Assembly: GCF_902652985.1 (NCBI RefSeq) | Contig: NC_047020.1 | Span: 12,648,001-12,712,000 of the forward strand | Reading direction: 5' to 3' | Origin: Pecten maximus | Lineage: Eukaryota | DNA: 64,000 bases | Shown: in pieces, positions 12,302-22,263 of the stretch | Layout: the number at the start of each line of letters is the position of its first letter | Position numbering within the stretch: the first letter of the stretch is position 1 | Notes under the pieces: generated by a model | What the model was told of the DNA's origin: nothing | What the model saw: the letters and a program-made list of their open reading frames with translations, nothing else | Databases searched by the model: none | Position numbers and translations under genes: made by a program

Positions 12302-13327
12302 CTAATCAATCTGTAGGTCTAGATACTGCTTCATTACAGAAGGGACAGGCAGGCTGGAAATAGCCACAGGATTGTGACCAATACTCTCCCGAATGGTCAA
12401 TCGACAGAGATGTTGTAAATTTCTCACACCCGAGAATTTCTCTGTGTCGATCATTGCCGCGAGACGTGGATGAAGATTATACACTTTCTTTTTCTCTGTC
12501 AGCTCCTCGTCTATTTGTGTTTCAAAGTGTTTATTGTGTGAAAATGAAATATTTTTGACAGCCCTGAAAATCAAATGTAAACAAAGCATGCCCTTTGATT
12601 CCTCTGCCGTTAGTGCTGCCCGTGTTTCTACGTCTACGGAACTGTTTTTGAACAAGATCACACTATTCAGACCGGAGATGAGAGTGTCGATGGGGTCCAA
12701 GGGAGGATCTTTATCAATGGTTGCGCAAAAAGGGTCAGCGCCATATCTCAGTAGTACCAGTATGAGGGACGGTTCTCTCCTCATACAGGCAGCGATAAGG
12801 GGTGTAAAACTGTCGCAGTTGTCAAATTCAGTGTTAATTACACGTTTGCCATTTTTCGTTAGGTATTCCAACTCACAGACATTGTGCAAATAAAACTCAA
12901 AAGCATCTGTCGCTTCTTTATGAAAGATTCTTGTTGAAAATCGTGGATACAACGTGTGAATGTTGATGTTTACGTTTGACTTAATCACGTGACCAGGAAG
13001 AAGAATGCTAAAAATAGGTTGAAGGCCACCCTCACAGTGCAGAATTTCGTTCAGTATATCTGCTGCAGCACATCGAAGAGCTTGCCTGTTTTCAAAACAA
13101 AGCCGCAGAGCAGAATAAAGACAATGGTGCTCGACACACAGGTGTTCTCGCTCTCGTTTTGTCTTGTGAGAACATACAACTTCAGTGATCGACAAGCGCA
13201 GTCGGAACAAGGCCTTTTGTGATCGCAAGGGTTTCCCCGGTTTCCACAGTAAAATAAATTTCTCGGCTGTCACTTGCGAGGCTGACTTGTGATTGGATCT
13301 TCGAGATACTAAGTCAACGAGACCCAT
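12302..13327 (-). CDS. Ankyrin repeat and SOCS box protein (ASB17-like architecture; putative Elongin BC-Cul5 substrate receptor), single coding exon
   Basis: 341-aa ORF with one ankyrin repeat (FTPLIAACMRREPSLILVLLRYGADP). C-terminal SOCS box has BC box RNLQHLCRLTIR and Cul5 box LPVP followed by MKQYL. Confidence 0.88.
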   Translation of the reverse strand: MGLVDLVSRRSNHKSASQVTAEKFILLWKPGKPLRSQKALFRLRLSITEVVCSHKTKREREHLCVEHHCLYSALRLCFENRQALRCAAADILNEILHCEGGLQPIFSILLPGHVIKSNVNINIHTLYPRFSTRIFHKEATDAFEFYLHNVCELEYLTKNGKRVINTEFDNCDSFTPLIAACMRREPSLILVLLRYGADPFCATIDKDPPLDPIDTLISGLNSVILFKNSSVDVETRAALTAEESKGMLCLHLIFRAVKNISFSHNKHFETQIDEELTEKKKVYNLHPRLAAMIDTEKFSGVRNLQHLCRLTIRESIGHNPVAISSLPVPSVMKQYLDLQID

Positions 13328-13599
13328 TTTAAAAGGAAAGATCAGGATTTTAGCAATAAAACATTATTTTCGCCTGGAGGAATGGAAATTTCTACAGTAC
13401 ACAGCGTCCTTGATTCTAAATATGGCAACAAACTCGACTGCCGTCTGCTGTCGTTCCTTTTTCGCTCTATCACACAACATAGGAAATATTTATTTATGGT
13501 CATCGGTCTGTCCAAAAATAGTTGTCGTGTACTCACTTCTGAAGTTTTTCTTATTTCTTCGTGTCTCCTATCATTGGATATATAGTTTTTGTCCGGACG

Positions 13600-13690
13600 A
13601 TGGACTCTCAGATGACGTTTGTTTTGATACGTTACACGCTCAAGCATGTTGTCTGCGCATGCTCAAGGGGAATCCCGAACTACAGGAAAT
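13600..13690 (-). promoter_or_regulatory. Candidate promoter of the SOCS-box gene
   Basis: NRF1-like TGCGCATGCTCA (~13654-13665) and CRE half-site TGACGT (~13613), about 300 bp upstream of the ATG. Confidence 0.4.
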
Positions 13691-13769
13691 AGACTTACAC
13701 AAGTCCATGTGTACAAATATACGTAACAGTAATTGATTAATTACCAACTATGTTCAACCTCCATACAAT

Positions 13770-13807
13770 CAGAGACTTGTATATCACATGTGATATACAA
13801 GTCTCTG
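13770..13807. mobile_element. Putative DNA-transposon (P-like) excision footprint 2
   Basis: Perfect palindrome CAGAGACTTGTATATCA-CATG-TGATATACAAGTCTCTG, flanked by ATACAAT at 13763-13769 and 13808-13814. Confidence 0.7.
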
Positions 13808-14501
13808 ATACAATCAATATTTGAGTGATAGTTGGACATTGAGAGAGGACACAATAAAAAACAACTAAATCTTAAATCAGACTTAATATAGTTTAGCCGA
13901 AATTCGCTGAGTCTTGGTAACTGCATGGAAAGTATTTTTATGAACATTTTCCCATAGTTATCGAAATGACATGCTAATTAAGCAAATTATCAATATATAT
14001 TTTTAAAGCTGTTGTTGTAATTTGTTTCAATTACTATTTGCTTTGAATTATGACAATAAAAATGTGTTTAAATCAACTAAAATGTATTCGGTGTTTTACG
14101 TAGGTTTTAATTTATGCAAACAGAGTTAATGGAATGATGTTAGCTGCCTTTTAATTAAGTTTTCTTCTGAAACTGTAGGGTTTGTTCATACATCGATCTA
14201 TTTTCAAGCAATGAAGCTATTAAAGAGATATAAACGAAGTGGTTTTATTTATACGAGGTTTAGGGTTTGATAAAACATGTTATAATTAATCCTAAATGCG
14301 TCGTTTTGTACTTTTATGAAATAAATTATTTTAGGTAGGGCTAGGGTTAAAGGTTATGGTAAGTGTGCAATATTCATTACTTAATTAATTGTGTGTAGAT
14401 CTTGATTAATTCCATAGGATGTATTATACCTATCCCTAGTCAGATATCCTTCGACTCTCCACTGCATATTAACGTAGTCAGACCTTCCTCTGACTCTCCA
14501 C

Positions 14502-15554
14502 TTTAATGTTATTATACAATGTTCAGTGTTTGATACATACATTAATAGTATTTTATGATATGCAAGTGAAATATGGGGGCATCATAAAGCTCCTGTTGTA
14601 GAAAAAGTGCATACAAATTTCTGCAAAAGAATACTAGGGGTAAATAAAACGACAGTTAATGATTTTGTATATTTTGAATTAGGCAGGTTTCCATTATTCG
14701 TAACTAGAACATTAAAAATTTTGAAGTATTGGTTAAAATTGAAAAATACTTCAAATTGTATACTAAAAGCTTGTGTAGAACAAAGAATGGAAATGAATGA
14801 TGAATGGATAATAAGTATTAAAACTGAGCTAGAAAAAATAGGTTTAGCTTATCTATGGCATGAATCTGTCGTTGATTGTTATACTTACAGTATTATTGAG
14901 AATAGGATTAAAGATGTTTATAAACAAGAAATTATTAACAGAATTAAAGATATGTCAAGGGGATCATTATACCAACATTTAGTTGATAACTTTTGTCTGC
15001 AATTTTATCTTACTAGGCCTATCGATGTATAAAAAAGGTATTTCAAGAATAAGACTTTCTTCACATAATTTAAATATAGAATATGGCAGAAAACGAAATA
15101 TACCAAGGTTAAATAGATTATGTTCTTGTTGCCATTTACAAGAAATTGAAGACGAATTTCATTTTTTACTACAGTGTCCATTTTATGCAGAAATTCGTGC
15201 AAAATATATTAAGAAGTATTATTATACAAAACCAAGTGTTTTTAAATTGATAAAATTGTTAAGCGTTAAATACTGTAAAAGAACTGAATAAAATTGGAAA
15301 ATTTATTCAGTTAGCTTTCAGGAAAACGGCAGAAAAACTAAAAGGTTGATTGTATATTATTAAAGTTAGTAACTTATTTTCCATATACAATATGTCTGAA
15401 TTGTCCTGAAAATACCATTATTATTATGATCACTCTCCGTCTGTCATATAGTCATCTAATTGTACGTCCTTGTATGCATTTATATCTACACACATGTTGT
15501 AATTTTCTCTTATGGGCTGAAAGGCCTAAGGAATAAACTTGAATTGAAAAAAAA
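14502..15554 (+). mobile_element. 5'-truncated non-LTR retrotransposon 3' end (RTE-X-like), decayed
   Basis: Post-RT motifs YASEIWG..EKVHTNFCKRILGV..ELGRFP and C-terminal RLCSCC..EDEFHFLLQCPFY. One in-frame stop and a frameshift near 15030. Ends in AATAAACTTGAATTG + A tail. TSD G(A/G)CTCTCCAC at 14492-14501 and 15555-15564. Clade is inferred. Confidence 0.85.
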
Positions 15555-15698
15555 GGCTCTCCACCGCCTATTGATGTAGCCCGACTTTCCTCCGATTCTC
15601 CACCGTTTAATGGCTTAGTCAGGCTTTTCCCAGGCTTTCCGCCTGTTGACGTAGTCAGACTTTTCTCCTACTCTTAACCACCTATTGGCGCGTAGACT

Positions 15699-16458
15699 CT
15701 TTTTTTTTTAATTTTTTTATTCATTTTCGAAATTATTTACACAAGACATACAATACATAAAATCAACACTAAAGGCAAGCAATTCGATTTAAACATATTT
15801 TATTGTATCTTAATATATACATGGGAATTGGGCACAAGTTATCAAACAAGCAATACATCATAAATATTCAGAAATGCAATATACATTGTACTTGAAAATT
15901 AAATTAAGACATAAGCATGGACCAAAAACAGAAACTCACACACAGAACAAGAAAAAAACAAAAACAAAAACAAGAAAAAAAAAAAAAACAAAAACAAACA
16001 AACAGAAATAACACTTACAAAAGAGAAAAGTTTTACATTTATGCACAGAAAAACCATCAAAAGAAAGCACAGACATAAAATGCACTTAAACGAAGAAAAA
16101 AATACATACAAAAAATATATTGTGTAATCCTAGATCAACACTATTTTTATTTTAGTATACTGAGGAGTTCATACAAAAGACGAATGAAAAAAATCCATTA
16201 GTAAAAGGGAAACAGAATTTATCGTATTACAGTATTGTTTTACGAGGAGATTGTTAGAATTCTAACCATTGCAATATTTGTGTGTTTATCTGTTCTTTAT
16301 TTTTGTCTTCACTTTTCAAAATAAGGATTTTATGTGCTTTTAGTTCGAATTTAATATGGTTTTTCAGACTATTCCGATTTAGTTCTAATCCTAAACATTT
16401 ATTTTTGTAAATGTATTGCTTTTTAATCAGTAATATCAAGTTATCTAAGTTAAAATTG
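15699..16458 (-). mobile_element. 5'-truncated L1/Tx1-like retrotransposon 3' end
   Basis: Minus strand encodes NLDNLILLIKKQYIYKNKC...LQWLEF*, resembling an L1/Tx1 ORF2 C-terminus. It is followed by a T-rich 3' UTR, AATAAA (15716-15721) and poly(A). TSD GCGTAGACT at 15690-15698 and 16459-16467. Confidence 0.72.
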
Positions 16459-17053
16459 GCGTAGACTTTACCGACCGACTCTCCGGCGCCTATTGTCATT
16501 GCCATACTTTCTCCGACTCGCCACCGCCTATTGACGTAGTCAGACTTTCCTTGACTCGCCACCGTCTATTGACGTAGTCAGACGTTCTTCCGACTAACCA
16601 ACGCCTATTGAGTTAGACTTTCGTAGTCACACTTTCCTTGACTCGCCACCGCCTATTGACGTAGTCACACTTTCCTTGACTCGCCACCGCCTATTGACGT
16701 AGTCAGACTTTCCTTCGACTCGCCACCGCCTATTGACGTAGTCAGACTTTCCTTCGACTATCCACCGTTAATCGACAAAGTCAGACTTTCATCTTACTCT
16801 ACAGCGTCTATTGATGCAGTCCGACTTTCCTCCGACTCTTCATCACTTAATGACGTAAGCACGCTTTTCCTTGGCTTTCCGCCTATTGACTTAATCAGAC
16901 TGACGGAGTCAGACTTTCCTCCGACTCTCCACCGCCTATTGACGGAACATATGTCGGCTTGAAGAAAGGAGAGACCAGAAGTAAGCTATATTATCCATAA
17001 TGTATGTATATCGGTGATATTTATCTACCCGGCCACCCACTGCATTTCCTTTT

Positions 17054-17195
17054 NNNNNNNNNNNNNNNNNNNNNNNNNNNNNNNNNNNNNNNNNNNNNNN
17101 NNNNNNNNNNNNNNNNNNNNNNNNNNNNNNNNNNNNNNNNNNNNNNNNNNNNNNNNNNNNNNNNNNNNNNNNNNNNNNNNNNNNNNNNNNNNNNN
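17054..17195. other. Assembly gap (N run)
   Basis: Run of N. Confidence 1.
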
Positions 17196-17761
17196 TGATA
17201 CAGTAACGAGCTTGAGTCTGACGTTCCAGACCCGATTTTCAGGACATTGTATCGATCTTTTAGCAAAATGTTTTACTTTTCTATTTCCCGTTAATGCATT
17301 TAAAATAAAATAAGTTTGCTGTCATTCAGAAAATGATACGAATTTAAAGATCATCTTTTCGTTGTTGTGAACAAACCTACCGAATACATTAAACATCGAA
17401 TCGATATTTTTTTAAAGTCTATATATCGGTATTCGAATTGTTAGAATTATTACTCACTTTGTTAGATTTTTTTCTTTGTTGAATTATCTCCCCTCTACCA
17501 TGGTATGCCTTAGAAAACATTAATTTTATTAAAATGATTTTCTAAATGCTTCTATTAATATGACTCGTTGACTGGTGTGGTGTGTGAATGCATAGTTAAT
17601 TTGTAGTCTGGTTTAAGCCAGACATATTTATTACTCAAAATTTCGGTAAAGTGATCAGGCACACTTTAAACCAGCGTATCCTTAAACAGTAACAATGACA
17701 AGAATTACAAAACATAATCCAAACAGAATTAGTGCATTCCTTAATCAAAGGTCTTAATACC

Positions 17762-18181
17762 TCGAACGCGACGACCGTAAACGCGAAGACCGAAAGCGAC
17801 GACCGAAACGCGGACGACGGAAACGGCTACGAACGAATAGCGACTACCGAACGCGCGACTGAAAACTCGACCGAACTACAGCGACGACCGAAACGTCGGA
17901 CGACCGAAACGCGACGGACCGAAACGCGAGACCGAGACGACATAAACGCGACGACCGAAACGCGACGACCGAAACGCGACGGCCTAAAGGACTACCGAAA
18001 GCGACGACATAAACTCTACTACATAAACTCTACTACCTAAACTCTACTACCTAAATCTACTACCTAAACTCTACTACCTAAATCTACTACCTAAACTCTA
18101 CTACCTAAACTCTACTAACTAAATCTACTACCTAAACTCTATTACCTAAATCTACTACCTAAAGTCTACTACCTAAACTCT
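17762..18181. repeat. 14-bp repeat array A: (AAACGCGACGACCG)n switching to (AAACTCTACTACCT)n
   Basis: G-form at ~17762-18010, T-form at ~18011-18181. Confidence 0.9.
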
Positions 18182-18683
18182 CGAGGAACTGAACAGGTGT
18201 ACGTTGGAGCAGCACAACCCTTAGGGTCAGCTCCTTTCCAGGATGACGTGGTCGAAATTCTTAATAAAGGCTTAACTATTTTTATGCAACCTTTGTTGCT
18301 AACGACATTATTTAATAAAATCGTATGATTTATTCATAGAAAATTCAACACAACCACTCTTTTCAACTGATAAATAATTTCACAACTGGTTGGGTATTTT
18401 CATGTTCATTACGCCATGAAAATCACGTCCAAAAGTTGTCTGACCAGAAGTTTCGAATTGTCTACTAATCATTCACTGACAATGCCTACACACATTCAGA
18501 TGATATTTTAAGGAAGAGATTTTAAGAGAGTTATCTAACTTTGAACACGTTTCACGTTGAATGCCCTCCTACAGATGCACACTATCCCCTAGTATCATAG
18601 GACGAACATTTTGGTATTTTCGAAACGTTATAATAAGACCAGATAAAAAATATACGTAGTTTCAAAATATTCGATTCTCTTAG

Positions 18684-20661
18684 AACTCTACTACATAAAC
18701 TCTACTACATAAACTCTACTACCTAAACTCTACTACCTCTACTACATAAACTCTACTACATAAAATCCACTACCTAAACTCTACTACCTGAACTCTACTA
18801 CCTAAACTCTAAACTCCACTACCTGAACTCTACTACCTAAACTCTACCTAAACTCTACTACCTAAACTCTAAACTCTACTACCTAAGTTCTACTACCTAA
18901 GCTCTACTACCTAAACTCTACTACCTAAACTCGACTACATAAACTCTACTACCTAAACTCTACTACCTAAACTCTACTACCTAAACTCTAAACTCTACTA
19001 CATAAACTCTACTACCTAAACTCTAAACTCTACTACTTAAATCTACTACCTAAACTCTACTACCTGAACTCTACTACCTAAACTCTACCTAAACTCTACT
19101 ACCTAAACTCCACTACCTAAACTCTACTACCTAAACTCTAAACTCTACTACCTAAACTCGACTACATAAACTCTACTACCTAAACTCTACTACCTAAACT
19201 ATACTACCTAAACTCTACTTCCTAAACTCTAAACTCTACTACCTAAACTCTACTACCTAAACTCTACTACCTAAACTCTAAATCTAACTAAAAATTACTA
19301 CCAAACTTAAACTTACTACCAAAATCTGTACCAAATCAAACTCTACACAAACTACTACCAAACTCGACACATAAAACTTACACTAAACTCACACCTAAAA
19401 TCTACACCCAAAAAAACAAAAAAAAACCAAAACCAAACCAACAAAACACCAAAACCCACCGGGAACCAAAACCGAACCACCAAAAAACCAAAACCACACC
19501 AAACCAGAAAACCTAAAACCAACAAAACCCACACAAAACCACGACCAAACCAACCAAACAGACACCAAACAGGCCAAAAAAAACCAACCAAAAACCACAC
19601 CAAAAAAGAAAACGCGAAACGCAGCCGAAAAGACAAACGGAAACAACCTAAAACCACACCAAAACCACACCAAACCAAACCAACCAAACCGGGGGACCAA
19701 ACCAAACCCACACGAAAAAAACCAAACCGACGACAAAAGGACACCAAAAGCGACCGAAAAAGCACACCGAAAACCCCCACCAAACCTAAATAAACCTAAA
19801 CTCTACTACCAAACCCCCGGAAACAAAACCACACCAAACCACACCAAACTAACTACCAAAAAAACCAAAGGAAACGGACACCGAAACGCAAAAATCGACA
19901 ACCGAAAATCACACCAAACGCACACAAAACCCCGAAAAAATGAGACCAAGCCACACCCAAACCACACCTAAACGGCGACAAAACGTAACAAAAATTTAAC
20001 AAAACCGACGACCCCCAAAAACCCACCCAAAAGGGAAAAGCGACGAAGAAAACGAACCGAAAAAGCAAAACCACACGGGAAAAAACAAAAACCACACCGG
20101 AAGGGCGACCAAAACCCACCAAACCGGGCACCAAAACCCCCACCAAAAACCAACAAAAACCAACAACCGAAAACCCACACAGAAAACCAGACCAAACCAC
20201 GACCAAACAAGAAAACCAGACCCAAACCAAACCACACCAAAAAAAACGGACACCAAACCGAACCAAACCCAACCCAAACGCTAAACGCGACGACCGAAAC
20301 GCGACGACCGAAACGAGACGACCGAAACGCGAAACGCGACGACCGAAACGCGACGACCTAAACGAGACTACCGAAACGCGAAAACGCTACTACCGAAACG
20401 CTACGACCGAAACTAGACTACCGAAACGCGAAACGCGACTACCTAAACGCTACGACCGAAACTAGACGACCGAAACGCGACTACCTAAACTCTACTACCT
20501 AAACTATACTACCTAAACTCTAAACTCTACTACCTAAACTCTACTACCTAAACTATACTACCTAAACTCTAAACTCTACTACCTAAACTCTACTACCTAA
20601 ACTATACTACCTAAACTCTACTACCTAAACTCTACTACCTAAACTCTACTACCTAAACTCT
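18684..20661. repeat. 14-bp repeat array B with a low-quality A/C-rich core
   Basis: T-form 18684-19280, noisy A/C-rich tract ~19280-20275, G-form ~20276-20480, T-form to 20661. Confidence 0.85.
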
Positions 20662-21449
20662 CGAGGAACTGAACAAGTGTCTCAAGAGTCTGTAATCAGC
20701 GTGTACATTCGATTTTCCGTTTGTCAACCTCTTGAGTTTATTTAAATTTGTTTGTAATTGTAGAAAAACTATCATCTCTCGGATCTAGATAACATGCTTT
20801 TGACAATCCAATAATATTATTCAACCATTTAATCCAGGACTGCTTGTTAAATATTTTTAGTTTAGTAGGTTACATTCAGTGTAACTATAGCACGCTCATT
20901 AGTCAAAGGTGGATAATGATAAAACCATGTCGTTGGAGCAGCACACCTCTTAGGGAAGTTTCGAATTGTCTACTAATCATTCACTGACAATGCCTACATA
21001 CATTCAGATGATACTTCTGTTAGACATTTTAAGGAAGGGATTTTAAGAGAGTTATCTAACTTTGAACACGTTTCACGTTGTCATCGATTGCCCTCCTACA
21101 GATGCACTCTATCCCCTAGTATCATAGGACGAACATTTTGATATTTTCGAAACGTTATAATAAGACCAGATAAAAAAATATACGTAGTTTCAAAATATTC
21201 GATTCTCTTAGAACACCCAAAATATTTAATATGTGTTTAAAAACAGTATTATAAGTCATTATTGTAATGAAATAGTTACACATTCAATCAAGAGAGTTTA
21301 GAGAGGGAACCAGATATAGACTGATACTAAATTGTATTTGATAAGATGGATATGATAAAAATAATTGATGAAAAATGAGACAGTAACATACCTAAAGGAA
21401 GATAATTACCAAAGACGACCTTTTTCGGGATGGACAATTACCAAAACGG

Positions 21450-21960
21450 CAGACAACACAATGGACAGGTTATATGTAACGAATCAAGGAGACAACACAA
21501 TGGACAGGTCAGAGGTCATGAACCAAGGAGACAACACAATGGACAGGTCAGAGGTCATGAAACAAGGAGACAACACAATGGACAGGTCAGAGGTCATGAA
21601 ACAACGAGACAACACAATGAACAGGTCAGAGGTCATGAACCAAGGAGACAACACAATGAACAGGTCAGAGGTCATGAACCAAGGTGACAACACAATGGAC
21701 AGGTCAGAGGTAATGAAACAACGAGACAACACAATGGACAGGTTATATGTAATGAAACAATGAGACAATACAATGGACAGATCAGAGGTCATGAAACAAA
21801 GTTAAGAACCAAGGAGACAACAAAATGGACAAGTCAGGCATAATTAACCAAGGAGACAACAAAATGGAAAAGTCAGACATAATCAACCATGGAGACAAGA
21901 CAATGGGCAGGTCAGAGGTTAAGAACCAAGGAGAAAACACAATGTACAGGTCAGATGTAG
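21450..21960. repeat. 39-bp minisatellite (AACCAAGGAGACAACACAATGGACAGGTCAGAGGTCATG)
   Basis: About 13 units; 13-aa periodicity in the ORF track. Confidence 0.92.
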
Positions 21961-22123
21961 CTAATAAAACAGACATTGTAAAATCTAATGGAGTAAATAA
22001 TTCAGTTTCGTGAAACATGGACACCAGTAATACCACGTAGAGATTAGGAATAGATGTTGGTAGGAAACATGAACTATCAGGTCAGGAACCGAATCTATAC
22101 CACCTATAAGTTATAAAATTATA

Positions 22124-22263
22124 TGTGGAGACGTGAATTCTACATTGTAGAGACATGCATTTTACAATGAAGATACATGCATTCAACATTGCAGAGACGT
22201 GAATTCTATGGTGTAGAGACCAGAATTCTACAATGTAGAGACAGGCATTCTACAATTAGAGAC
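22124..22263. repeat. Diverged 22-bp minisatellite (GTAGAGACATGCATTCTACAAT)
   Basis: About 6 units. Confidence 0.75.

Larger units (their letters stand above)
14436..16945. repeat. 38-39-bp minisatellite (ACTCGCCACCGCCTATTGACGTAGTCAGACTTTCCTTCG), split into three blocks by two LINE insertions
   Basis: Units at 14436-14501, 15555-15698 and 16459-16945. Confidence 0.88.

Noticed and set aside
13342-13647. 101-aa minus-strand ORF just upstream of the SOCS-box CDS, considered as a readthrough or selenocysteine extension
   Set aside because: Its TGA is separated from the ATG by 14 nt, so it is out of frame. It has no recognisable motifs and a non-ATG start.
17196-17670. Kolobok-like transposon end (…GGCACACTTTAA); also TTAAAGGAAT… at ~22399
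   Set aside because: No matching second terminus is visible; for the first, it may lie in the gap.
19355-20277. F/G/V/W-rich membrane-like ORFs
   Set aside because: These are translations of the noisy low-complexity tract.
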